Source: Octopus bimaculoides (lineage: Eukaryota). From it: DNA of 58,776 nt. The notes beneath the pieces were generated by a model that was not told where the DNA came from, searched no databases, and saw only the letters and a list, made by a program, of their open reading frames with translations. The DNA is taken from positions 68,926,629 through 68,985,404 of the forward strand of contig NC_068984.1 of NCBI RefSeq assembly GCF_001194135.2, written 5' to 3'. The stretch's first letter is position 1; every line of letters begins with the position of its first letter. Shown piece by piece: positions 39,633-52,255 of this stretch. The translations under genes were made by a program, and so were the position numbers.

Positions 39633-41406
39633 TTTGATTATGGAGTGTATGAACCTATTTGGTATTGCATCGAATGTTGAGCGATTGCTTGGAAAAATTA
39701 TGGTGAATTAGAGGACGGACCTAACAGCATATGGAAGAAGTTTAGGGAGAGTAGAAATTAGGAGGAGCATCTTCCAAGGGGACTGGCTGTCCCCACTGAT
39801 CTTTGTACTGTGCATGATACCACTCACACTGATTCTGAGGAAAGCAAAAGCTGGGTATGCATTCAAAAGCCGCCAACAAAAAGTCAACTGTTTGTTATTC
39901 ATGGATGACCTCAAGCTTTATGGTAAAGATGAAGTCCAAGTCAGTTCCCTCGTTGACACGGTGTATACCTTCAGTGCTGATATCAGAATGGAGTTCGGAC
40001 TGAGAAAGTGTGGAGTGTTAGTCTTGAAGAGAGGCAAAATCAAATGTATTGACGGGCTAATGATACCGTCGGGGAAGGTTATGAAGCAGATAGAAGAGAC
40101 AGGATATAAGTACTTGGGGAATTGGGAAATGGATAAATTGATGGAGAAAGAAATGACAGAAAAATTTAAGGTGGAGTACTTACGCAGACAAAGACTGATC
40201 ATTAAATCGAAATTAGATAGACGGAATAAGATCGAAGCTATCAACACTTGGGCGGTTTCTCTCCTTAGATATAGAGCAGTGGTAATCGGATGGACAGTAG
40301 ACGAACTAAACAGCTTACACAGAAAGACAAGGAAGTTGCTGATTAGATATGGGTCACCCCACCCAAAAAGTGATACAGACGGTCTGTATGTACCAAGAAA
40401 TAGAGGGGGAAAAGGACTTATTTGATGCGAACATAGCATTAGAGCAGAAGAAAACAACATAGAATGATATATAAAAAAAAAGTGCCACAGAACCGCTGTT
40501 GTTAGAAGTAAGAAGATCAGGCTTGTGTAGGATGAAAGTTTGCAAAGATAAAGCACTATAGAAGAAATTGAAAACGAATGAAACTGAAAATAGATGGTTA
40601 AAGAAAAGAATGCATGGTCAATTTCACAGGGATGTTGAAGATAAGACAGACAGAGAAACAATATGGCTGTGGATGACTAAATGGGATTTAAAACCTGAAA
40701 TGGAGGCTCTAATCTGTGCTGCCCAAGAGCAAGCACTAAGAACAAACTACATAAAATACAGAATAGATAACACATGAGAAAGTGATAAGTGCAGAACTTG
40801 TGCACAAAACGGTGAAACCGTATGGCATAATACCAGCCATTGTACGCCACTAGCCAAAGAGGAAAATAAGAGACGACACGACAATATAGCCAGGCTTGTC
40901 CATTGGACACTTTGCAACAAGTATGGACTTGACAGAGCCAAAAATTGGTACGACCACAGAACCGAAGGCATCGTCGAAAATCGAAATGCAATGATCCTAT
41001 GAGATTTCCTGATTCAGTACGACCATGAGATAGACAATAGGAAGCCGGACATAGTCTTAATTGAGAAATAAAACACACTATGCGGGATCATAGACATAGC
41101 ATGCCCAGCTGACAACGAGAGATATGACAGGTTAGCTTGGGCAGCTAAGCAGCTGCGGTCGAATGTAAAATGTAGCAGTAGTGCCAATAATTGTCGGAGG
41201 TCTGGGAACAGTGAGCGAAAATCTCGAGAAATACGTGGAACAAATAGGGGCTGCAATAAGGGTGGAGCACTTGCAGAAGACAGCACTGCTTCGAACCGCT
41301 GGAATACTCCGGAAGGTGCTCGAAAATCAGGGGCGTTACCTTAGTTCACTGGTAGTGAACAGCTGACACTGTAATACATCTCCAGCGTTAGAAGTTGTGC
41401 AAAGGC
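39633..41406 (+). mobile_element. 5'-truncated Dong/R4-clade (RLE-type) non-LTR retrotransposon, pseudogenised
   Basis: RT motifs SIFQGDWLSPLIF, LLFMDDLKLYGK, YKYLG, NKIEAINTWAV, LYVPRNRGGKGL. CCHC knuckle KCRTCAQNGETVWHNTSHCTPLA..RHDNIA. Restriction-like endonuclease RKPDIVLIEK..IIDIACP. C-terminus LQKTALLRTAGILRKVL. (AAT)n follows the 3' end. Confidence 0.9.
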
Positions 41407-41471
<65 letters not shown>

Positions 41472-41530
41472 CATCAACAACAACAACAACAGCAACAACA
41501 ACCATAATCGTAATCACTATCATTATCATC
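41407..41530. repeat. (AAT)n(AAC)n(CAT)n tract, 3' tail/target of the Dong/R4 LINE
   Basis: Directly visible. Confidence 0.95.
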
Positions 41531-42765
41531 GTCATCGTCGTTGCTGTTATTGTTGTTATTCTTCTTGCTGGTATTGTTGTTGTTCCTATTATGGTAACAG
41601 AGTTGTGTCAGAAATGATAAGATAGCAGAATAAGTGATCTGCAGTATATAGTTAATTGAACAACTTGCATACCAATATTACTGAGATTGATTTAGCTTTT
41701 CGTCCTTCCAAAGTTGATAAACTTTTCTTTTTCATCCTTCCAGAATTGATCACATAGATATCAGTAAAACACTAGAGTGAATTACACTTTCCAATTCCTC
41801 TGTCTTTGTCTAAAACCGGTGACCCCCGTACCTATCTTACAGACCAATCGTATTAGGGCATTGATGTGATGGGTTTAATAAATGTATTCCTTATTTTGTT
41901 TTGTTCGTCTATGTTACAAAAATGATATACCAGAATCAACTTTACTTTCCATCGCTCCATTATCAATACAGAGTATTCAAGTTACATATTAGCGACGATT
42001 CGATAGAATTGATTAACTCATGCTCCTGAAATATCACGACCCTAAAATTCTTTATGTTTGTATTCGTGTGCGTGACAATCATTATTATTTTTTCATTATT
42101 CATATTATTCTTAATATTATTATTATTCTCATTATACCCATTATAAGCAAGCTTTCACATCTCAAAGAAAATTATTTTAAAACCCTTTACAATGTTATAG
42201 TAGATTTTTCACTGATCAAAACTGTAATTGATTTTCCAGACAGGAATAGCTAAGTGAAGAGATTGAATTTAGTGATTAGTATCTTAAACCATTGTTTACC
42301 CTTAAGAAAGTCTTTGTTATACTTCAGGCTCATTAGCATTTCTTTAGATGATTCAAGCATTTCTTTTCTTCTCATTTTTTATGAACCATTAATATTTCTC
42401 TATACATTTCCATTATTTCATGAAATTATGGACATCATTTACAGTTGGTCAAAATTCAGATCAGTAATAAAAATACGAAAATTTCAGCCAATGATTTCAT
42501 TAGTTTTGATCTTTATTTGATCATATTGTTAAACGAGAAAAAGTTTAAAATTTCAAAACAAAGCTTATATTTGCATCACTAGCCACATTAAAATGAACGA
42601 AATGTTGAAATTTATCATAAAGTAATAATGAAATTTGAATTGTAAGACATCACGTATCTCAGTTAATGGTCCACGTGAATACACACACACATACATACAT
42701 ACATACATGCATATATACATACATACGTACATGCATGCATACATACATATATACATACATACATG

Positions 42766-42818
<53 letters not shown>

Positions 42819-44409
42819 GATAGATAGATAGATATATAGATAGACGCACACAATATATTTGTGTGTATATCTATTATNNNNNNNNNNNNNNNNNNNNNNN
42901 NNNNNNNNNNNNNNNNNNNNNNNNNNNNNNNNNNNNNNNNNNNNNNNNNNNNNNNNNNNNNNNNNNNNNNNNNNNNNNNNNNNNNNNNNNNNNNNNNNNN
43001 NNNNNNNNNNNNNNNNNNNNNNNNNNNNNNNNNNNNNNNNNNNNNNNNNNNNNNNNNNNNNNNNNNNNNNNNNNNNNNNNNNNNNNNNNNNNNNNNNNNN
43101 NNNNNNNNNNNNNNNNNNNNNNNNNNNNNNNNNNNNNNNNNNNNNNNNNNNNNNNNNNNNNNNNNNNNNNNNNNNNNNNNNNNNNNNNNNNNNNNNNNNN
43201 NNNNNNNNNNNNNNNNNNNNNNNNNNNNNNNNNNNNNNNNNNNNNNNNNNNNNNNNNNNNNNNNNNNNNNNNNNNNNNNNNNNNNNNNNNNNNNNNNNNN
43301 NNNNNNNNNNNNNNNNNNNNNNNNNNNNNNNNNNNNNNNNNNNNNNNNNNNNNNNNNNNNNNNNNNNNNNNNNNNNNNNNNNNNNNNNNNNNNNNNNNNN
43401 NNNNNNNNNNNNNNNNNNNNNNATATATATATATATACATATGTAAAATCTTTTTTTCAGAATGAGATAAAAAAACCAAAGCTGTGAAGATTTTAGAACA
43501 TTTATAAATAGGTCTTACAGCTGTTTCCAGGATATTTATTATATCTCTTTATCGGAGAAAATGGTTAAGCAATAGCTAATTTAGATAAGATACAAAACAG
43601 AGAGTGAAAATAAATGTGAGATATGCAGAGATATTGCATTTGTAGATCCATTATCTAGGCAGAATGGTATGCATATAAGATTCCAGTACCTTGTCAGTAA
43701 AATCCAATAGTATTTAAAATTCGTCATTCCAAGTATAAAGTTTTACACAGTGCTATTGAATCAAGGGTTTTATTTAAATTGACCTAAAAGTAGGGAATGT
43801 ATTTGTAAGGTCAATTCGAAAACAGGAAGAGAGGAATAAAGAAAATAGAAAAAAAGATAAGAAGAAATAAGAAGAAAAAAGAAAAAAAGAAAAGAGCAAG
43901 AAGAGAGGAATAAAGAAAATAAGAAAAGAAAGAAAAACAAGGAGAGAGAAAATAGGGGAAAGTGTACCAGTTAGTGGTAAGTCAAGATAATTTGAAAGTA
44001 GGAATGGGGAGATGAGGGTGATAGAGAGAGAAAGGTATTAGAGTGTAAAAAGATAGATGGAATGGGTGTGATAGAGAGAGGGAGAGGTATAATAATGTAA
44101 AAGTTAAAGGAGTGTCAGTAATGTAATGACAGAGTCTAAATGATGGGGTAGAGAGATGGGTAGTAATATGGAATGAAGAAGTTAGGAATATGGATTAGGT
44201 GGTTGGACAGGTCAGTGCTTAGTAGTAGAGGAAAATATATATGTGAAGAGGTATGCATTTGTATATATTAGACATGTATATATATATATATTTATACAGA
44301 TGTTTATACATATCAATATCTACATATACAACTCTATACTAAAATCTTCACAGCCTTGGTTTTTTTTATCTCATTCTGAAAAACAAATTTTTATATATAT
44401 ACATATGCT

Positions 44410-44443
44410 GATATATGACCTACGTTGATATATGACCTACGTT
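44410..44443. repeat. Perfect 17-bp tandem duplication
   Basis: gatatatgacctacgtt x2. Confidence 0.9.
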
Positions 44444-44575
44444 GGTCTCCTCATTCGCGTAATTACCGAACCTGGATCTTAACTGTGGACTATCCATAGC
44501 ACTTACTCAGCATTACCTGACACCTTTGGGTCTTATTAATGCCATTACCTCTCCTAGCCTCTCTCNNNNNNNNNN

Positions 44576-44622
<47 letters not shown>

Positions 44623-44644
44623 ATAAATATATATATATACATTG

Positions 44645-45024
44645 TTTTATTCTTCTACATGCTTCAATCATTTGACTGGGACCATGCTTGTGTACCGCCT
44701 TTTAGTCGAAGAAATCGACCGCTGGACTTATTTTTTTAAGCCGGGTACTTATTCTATCGGTCTCTACTGCCGAACCGGTAAGTTACTGGGACGTAAACAC
44801 ACCAACATTGGTTGTCCAGCGATGGAATGTGTGGGACAAACACAGACACAAAGACACAAACATGCATATATACATAAGTATATGACGGGCTTCTTTCAGT
44901 TTCCGTCTACCTAATTCACTAACAAAGCTTTGGTCGCCCCGAGGCTATAGTAGACGACACTTGCCCGAAGGTGCCGCGCAGTGGAACTGAACCAGGAATC
45001 ACGTGGTTGGGAAGCAAGCTTCTT
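44645..45024 (-). mobile_element. SINE family B copy with short internal microsatellite
   Basis: Reverse complement aligns to 36815-37210. Confidence 0.85.
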
Positions 45025-45290
45025 CGTTTTAGGAAATTGGCCATGAAGGCCATACATAGAGGGGACAGCACAAGGTGGGGACAAACAAAAATAGAAAACG
45101 GATGGATAAATTAATTAATATAATGAAAGATGAAATGAAGCCGTTCGGCTCGACCTCCGAGCGACTTCATTGAACCATCTTAATACATTTTTTAAACACT
45201 AATTTATAACACAAATATTAGCGACAGCTAATTATTATTCCTCCGAACGATGTTTACATTGTGCTTCTTCAAAATATCATAAACACTTAC

Positions 45291-45393
45291 TTGCTTAGGC
45301 ATTGAGCTGGTGTCCAATTTCTTGACCCAGCACTCATAGTCATGGTTTTCCTCAAAGTCTTTTAATCTTGGTATATATATGTTGGGTCTGACC
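45291..45393 (-). CDS. Candidate internal coding exon (103 nt, phase 2 to 0) of an unidentified gene
   Basis: tcttcgttgtgtag|G...CAA|gtaagt. Only one frame is open: VRPNIYIPRLKDFEENHDYECWVKKLDTSSMPKQ. Non-repetitive, protein-like composition. Confidence 0.45.
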
Positions 45394-46422
45394 CTACACA
45401 ACGAAGATACTCGGGCAACGTTGTCTTGTCTTAGGCAAGACAAATGATCAATCAGAGATACATCAATGTTACTTATTTAATCCACTGGCTCTCAGTGAAT
45501 GAAATACAAATCGAATTTCGGTAGAATTCGAACGTTTGCTTCTTTTAGAATTAAATGGAATGTATTCTATACTACTCAGGAGGAATAAAGTAAAACAAAT
45601 TTATAAGAAATTAACCGTTCTCGAGAAACATTGTCATAGCTAGAGCTGTAGCTAATTCTAGTTTCACATCAGAACATTTTCAATTCAGTTGTTTTGTTCT
45701 TAGTAACTACTACTACTCTTATTATTGGGTGTATAATTAGAGAGAAAACATAAATACAAAGATGATGACCAAATATTAGCAGTGCTACTGATCTTAGTTC
45801 AATGGTTATTCAAAGATTTAATAAAATCATTAACAATAGTCGTTGGCTTGCTGGTATGTTGAATGATAATAATAGTTGAATTGGTGCTTGCTTTTAATAA
45901 CTTATTTCCAAGAAATAAATCAGAAAAGTCTTCCAACAGGAAAGAATGTAATTAATGATATGCTCTGCTTTTTGGACGACAGAATATATCAATATTTTGT
46001 TCAATATCATGTATTTATGTATAATATATATTATTTTGCTGTACCTTATCTAATAAGAATTGTCTGTTTCTCTTCTACCTGCTGTTCACTAACCAGTATT
46101 TACTTTAGCGATATACTCCAAAACCTCTTGAGATCGTGATAAATTATCAGTTAAATCTTTTGCTATAGGGTTTATCATTACAAGTTGAAAGTGTTATGCA
46201 ACAATTCAAAAGTAGAAATCTCATTTTGGATCTAAATACTTTGAATGCTTCGGTTTTTATAAAGCCTTTATCTATCATCATATATTCTGTTCTCCTATGC
46301 TGGTACAATTTAGATGGCATTGTTCGGTTTATCTCGCTTAATAACAATTATTTTTCATTTCATCCATAAATAATGTTCACCATGAATAACATTTGAAATA
46401 ATTATTTTATTTCAATTTTGAT

Positions 46423-46839
46423 TTGGTCAACTTCTGTTCTTGGTACGCGTTACCATCACATTGTTGTTCTTTTTATCTTCTACTATACACGTCATGTACA
46501 AACAACTATGCCCACCTCTCTTATTTACTCCAACAAGAACTAACACAATCACTCTACCTGCCAAATATCTCTTTCAAATTGAATTCCAAGTATCATAAAA
46601 ATACATTAAATGATATACAAAAAAGCTGGGATAGTCACGACTGGAAAGCTTATGATCATAGGTTTGCTCGATCGAGGAAACAACAAGATAATATACAACA
46701 CAAGCTATTGGGTGAGCTTCTTTGTGATCAATTTAACCAGACGGAAAGAGCTACCAAATCTTCCTCAAATCACATGGTACTATCTTTAAGGTGGAAGGCC
46801 ACTTTAAATGATGCCAGCATAAGTTATACATGTCCGTAA
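46423..46839 (+). other. 138-codon non-repetitive ORF, possibly an ancient RTE C-terminal remnant
   Basis: WDSHDWKAYDHR has the spacing of RTE WxGHVxRMxDxR. KLLGEL and RWKATL echo QLLYGEL and RWKDxL. Weak similarity only. Confidence 0.25.
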
Positions 46840-47338
46840 AAAAAATAGGTAGCTAAGCGTATTTTGTTGAAATGTGTTTCAGCCTTGAGTGCACAGATCT
46901 GGAATCAAAAAGTAATAACATTTGACTACAAATATATTTGGTAAATACTTGTTTTATTCTTCTGTCCAAATATTATCATATTGTAACAATAACATTTAGA
47001 TCAGTTAAAATTTGTAAAACAATGGAAACACATTTTATCTTTAAAACAAAACATAATTTGTATCTCATGTTAGTGGAAGCAACATATAATGACGGATAAT
47101 TATAGCAAGCGGTTATTGTTATCAAAGTATCTAGGTAAATGGATACACAATTACTTTCGTCAGTACGGTGATTGCAAAAAGTAATGCTCGCTACAGAGAT
47201 AAAGTGACTGTACGGTGATGATGTTGCATGGCAGCTGTGATGATGATGATGCTAATAGTCATGGGATCGTATTTTGGTATATAAGATTTGGTCAGTGTGG
47301 TTGGGGACATTTTTGCATGTTTACGCATAACACATCAC

Positions 47339-47378
<40 letters not shown>

Positions 47379-47681
47379 CTCTTCCTTTCTTTCATTATTT
47401 TTCTCTCTATATGTGTGTGTGTTTGTGTGTGTGACCGTTTGTGTGCGTGTATGTGCGCACGCGCGTTTGTGTGTTTGTGTCTGTGCATGTGAGTGTGTGC
47501 GTGTGCGTAATGATAGCAAATGGATAAAGCACTTCATTTCACGTCGCTCCAGTCTACTCAGCTGTAAAAGTGTAAGCCTACGTCATGTAGGTATTCAGCG
47601 GGAATGTTGGCATGTCCACCTAGCTAGCGCGATGGCATCATTCGAAAGCTATAAGAATACGAGAAAGTGCATTGTAACCAG

Positions 47682-48503
47682 CAGTGTATAACAAATTAGG
47701 CAAAAATAAAAATAACACGGACATCTCGTTTTAACATACATGTAGCAAAATTACTCAAAAATATCTTAAAATACTTAAAAGTAAATTTATTCAATAAATT
47801 CGCCATTTGGCTCAACCACGGCTCCAGGCGAATTTGGAATCTCCTGCAACTCTTCTGGACGGTTTCCTTGTTTAAGCTTTGGTGTTACAAGGAGTTTTGT
47901 TGATCTCTCACTCAACTGCGCCCACACATAATAATGAAGCGGGTTGCAGTCTGGAGAGTTAGGTGGTCAGATTTTATAGATGATGTAATCGCAGAAATTT
48001 TTTGACACCCAAAACTGGGTCCTCCTGCTTGTGTGGTATGGTGCAGTCCTGTTGCCAGACATACAGTCTTCCAGCAGCCACTCACTTGACCCAGGGCAGC
48101 ACTACCTTCTCCAGGCACTTGATGTAGGCTTCCGTGTTGAGTCTGAGGCCGTGTGGGAAAATGAATGGAGGCACAACGGCGCCATCACTAGTGATCACTC
48201 CGAACACCATGATGTTGACTGGATGTTTGATTTTTATTACTTCCGGTACATGTCCTTAGATTGCACTTTTCTCAGATTGACATCCAAGCACTCTGAAATC
48301 TTCGTATTGGAGCTTCCCGCATGAATTCCAAGTAGTACAGTATGTCGTTTCCAAATTTCTGGCAGAGTAAATTCCGTCATGGTGCTGATTTTCTCACAGA
48401 CGATGCCCAACTAACCGTACTATACTGTGTAGTCGACAAAATCAAAAACATACGATGCGCATGCGTGAAATTCAAAATATCAAATGGTAACAGTTTACCC
48501 CTA
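47682..48503 (-). mobile_element. Internally deleted DD37D (maT-like) transposon
   Basis: MTEFTLPEIWKRHTVLLGIHAG is fused to KHPVNIMVFGVITSDG..YVWQQD.APYHTS..*PPNSPDCNPLHYYVW..EPNGEFIE*. After correcting a 2-nt deletion, 37 residues separate the QD aspartate from the LHYY position (CAT, presumably mutated GAT). Confidence 0.85.
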
Positions 48504-48511
48504 CACACGCA

Positions 48512-48561
<50 letters not shown>

Positions 48562-48963
48562 NNNNNNNNNNNNNNNNNNNNNNNNNNNNNNNNNNNNNNN
48601 NNNNNNNNNNNNNNNNNNNNNNNNNNNNNNNNNNNNNNNNNNNNNNNNNNNNNNNNNNNNNNNNNNNNNNNNNNNNNNNNNNNNNNNNNNNNNNNNNNNN
48701 NNNNNNNNNNNNNNNNNNNNNNNNNNNNNNNNNNNNNNNNNNNNNNNNNNNNNNNNNNNNNNNNNNNNNNNNNNNNNNNNNNNNNNNNNNNNNNNNNNNN
48801 NNNNNNNNNNNNNNNNNNNNNNNNNNNNNNNNNNNNNNNNNNNNNNNNNNNNNNNNNNNNNNNNNNNNNNNNNNNNNNNNNNNNNNNNNNNNNNNNNNNN
48901 NNNNNNNNNNNNNNNNNNNNNNNNNNNNNNNNNNNNNNNNNNNNNNNNNNNNNNNNNNNNNNN

Positions 48964-49006
<43 letters not shown>

Positions 49007-50843
49007 GTAAAAATATGTGACACTTATTCGGTAGCCAAGATAAAACTCCGAATTTTGGATGCCAGGTGAGAACTGATAGAGCAAAACTTTGGTCAAAAGC
49101 ATTCCGGTTATGTCTATTCTAATTTTTTAAATAGAATCATTCTAGAATTTCTAATTTTCTTGAGATCATATGTGCACCTCTGGAAACTTACTTCAACCTG
49201 TATTAGAAGAGCATAGTATCCTCTCCAAAGCACAGAGCTGGACAGGATTGTAAAGAATTCCAGTAGGTACTGATGCACCAAGACTACTTTCTATGCTAGT
49301 GATATTTTTTAATCAAGAGCAAGAATCAACTTGTCAATATCATTGAAAACATTTCCAAAACTAGGTGGGAGATCCGAACTACTTTAAAGACTCCAGCTCA
49401 TGATTTGCAATCGAGTTTAATCAACGCCTGTAACTGAATGGTACTGGTGGTTATGTTATACATGTTGGTTGGATGAAAAGCCAGGTTTACCACGCAGGAA
49501 TTGAACTCAGAATGTAAAATTTTGGAGCAAATGCTGAAGGGGATATATTTTGTATGAATTCTTCATTAATAGCCCTCAAAACTATCTAAGAGCTGCATTA
49601 TCCACTATACCCTTTCCTTGTTTAATAATTCAGGGCTTTGTTTCGGGAAAGCGTGGTAGTTGGCTGAGTATGAATGTAGAGGCTCACTTGTGGGCTAAAT
49701 ATTATTATTAGCAAACCTGGAACATACGTAACGTGGAAGGGGCTGCAATGTATAAAAATTGATCTACGTAGAGATGGGTTAGAATTTATATCACTGAAAC
49801 GGTTTTATTGCTTGTACATAGGAGACATTCCTATCCCCTCAGTAATTTTTTACACATTTGTATCTCTCACCGGATTTTTAGAATATTGTGATCTTAGGCG
49901 TTACGTAGAACCTAATAGCTTCATTAAAGTTATAAAGTGATCTAAAATCAGTTTAAAACCGAATTATCATGAGAGTACATTTGGTCTGGTGAGTAGAATA
50001 CTTCTTTATCCATTGGCGTGAGTAATTACTTTTACATATGACTTCATGTAGTGTGTATGAGGGAAACGTGCTGGCAAAGTTAATCTTTCTCCATACTGAG
50101 GAATACGAACAACTGAAATGTTTGAACACGTAATGCAAACTAGTAGAATACATGAGAATTTTATAATTCAACTGTACCTTAATAAATTACTTTAATCGTT
50201 TGGACTAAGTCAGTCAGGAGTTAGTAAACGACTCAGACATAAATTCATGATTGTAACAGTTACAATAATACTCATTATCTACAGTATCTTGCCTACTGAG
50301 CCTGTCACATTCTACATGATATACTACTACTACTACTACTACTACTACTATAACAGAATAGTTGCAACATAACACTGATTAGTTATTACACTGTGAACAA
50401 AACAGGTAAAGTAGACCTCTAGGTGCTAGACTTTTCGATAGCGCCAATTTTGTGTTTTACTTCTTAGTCAGTGTGTTGTATAAGGAAAGATGATATAAAA
50501 CGATTCAACCACAACACTAGCTCTGGAAGAAAGAAGTGCCAAAAAATTATATAGACTATTGTAATATGATAGAAAACTGCTAGACATTGTTCTTGTTGTT
50601 TTTAGCCCCGGGCCAGCCTTCACTGAACAAACCTATGATCACTTTGATCTATCCTTTTCTTTTTCCTACAATCCACATACTATCCTTTCGTTTTAATAAA
50701 GTAAAATGCGGGCTCTGGGGAAAATTTGGTCGACTAATTTTAGACTAGCTAGAGGCATTGTAGTTGGTAGGGGATAAAAATTTACTCCACCCATGAACTT
50801 ACTGACGTTGTGCCAAAATGTGACACTGATATTTATGAGGGTG

Positions 50844-51060
50844 TAAGGCGGCGAGCTGGCAGAATCGTTACTGCGCCGAACAAAATCCTCAGCGGCATTT
50901 CATCCTTCTTTGTATTCTGAGTTCAAATTCCACTGAGGTCATCTTTGTCTTTTATCCTTCCAAGCTCGATAAAATGCGTACCAGTGGTGCACTAGAGCCG
51001 ATATAATCGACTTACCACATCCCCTGAAATTGTTGATATTGTACCAAAATCTAAAATCAA
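50844..51060 (+). mobile_element. SINE family A copy
   Basis: taaggcggcgagctggcagaatcg head with A-box-like TGGCAGAATCG and B-box-like GAGTTCAAATTCC. Confidence 0.8.
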
Positions 51061-51098
51061 GATATATATGCAAAGGAAAGTCAGATAGTGACGCAATT

Positions 51099-51403
51099 TT
51101 TATTACCTCCGCCTTCGCCAAGGCGGAGGTTTTATTTTCAGTCGTGTTTGTTTGTTTCTTTGTCCGTGGACAAGGTATCTCAAGAACCGCTGGTGGGATT
51201 CAAATGAAACTTTCAGGGATGTTTGGCCTCATAACTGGCACGAACTGATTAGATTTTGAGATTGATCCGGCACCAGACAAGGATTCTGAGTTATTTTTTT
51301 ATATTTCCTTTCATTTACATGTATAGTTCTCTTGTACACGCACATACATACACATATTTACTCACACATTTTCAGCGTTGAACATTACCATCTCCTTTCC
51401 ATT

Positions 51404-51499
<96 letters not shown>

Positions 51500-52052
51500 A
51501 CATACATTCATCGCGCACACACGCAAACATGCCTCTCTTTTACACACTCATATATTCACACTTCAAATGCCGTTTATCGGCTTTTCACTCCTTCCTTTGT
51601 TATTCATCTATCACCTCATCCTTTCTTATTCATACGACAGTCCCTTTGCCACTTCGTTTCGTCTTTCTCATTGTCATTACTTTCTCTCACTCCCTCTCAA
51701 TCATGGCTATTACTCTCACTACTTCTCCTTCATTGTGTTAGTATTTCATCTCATCTCCCTTCACTATTCACTCAGTATATATATATTTGGACGAAACACA
51801 CACAGCATTACAAAAATAGCCCGCACACCCACTTGCACATTCTATGACTCCCATTAGGATTGATCAGGTACCGGACAAGGTATATGGATTATTATTCCGC
51901 TTGAGAGCGATCGGGTTTATTTTTAGCATTCCTGTTTGTGAGGGCAGACGATTTTATTTAAGATATTCTCATTTTTAAACTCCTCTCCGGCCATTCATTG
52001 AGAGGACGTTGGTGTTGCGTTGGCGGAGTTTTGCGCTGAGTGCTCTTCTTTG
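51099..52052 (+). mobile_element. Helentron-associated non-autonomous element (HINE/DINE-1-like)
   Basis: 5' ttattacctccgccttcgccaaggcggagg (subTIR cctccgcc plus its inverted partner). 3' ggcggag at 52022-52028, followed by gcgctgagtgct and T-rich flanks. No TSD. This architecture matches described HINEs. Confidence 0.7.
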
Positions 52053-52112
52053 CATTACTTTTCGATTGTTTTTGTGCATACAAAACTGAGTTAAGTAAAA
52101 AAATTGCATTAC

Positions 52113-52255
52113 TTTCTGACTCTGCTACGTATATCAAAATATCTGGAACAACACTCAGAAATACTGGCAGATGAAAACCCTTGAGTCATTAAATCTCCAT
52201 TAGGTATTATGTTGTGTTTCAAATGTAAACCAGCCAGGTAGAACCCAAGCTCATC
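52113..52255 (-). CDS. Weak candidate exon (143 nt, phase 0 to 2)
   Basis: tttggtgtag|GATGAG...AGAAA|gtaatg with an open frame DELGFYLAGLHLKHNIIPNGDL...SRVR. Phase-compatible with 45291-45393. Could be chance. Confidence 0.15.

Noticed and set aside
43800-44240. Purine-rich stretch as coding or regulatory sequence
   Set aside because: Degenerate GA-rich low-complexity sequence with a loose ~50-bp duplication and no ORF or motif support.
50036-50095. Minus-strand exon candidate YGERLTLPARFPHTHYMKSY (HTH copper-site-like)
   Set aside because: Weak donor, phase incompatible with the 45291 exon, and order reversed relative to a copper monooxygenase model.
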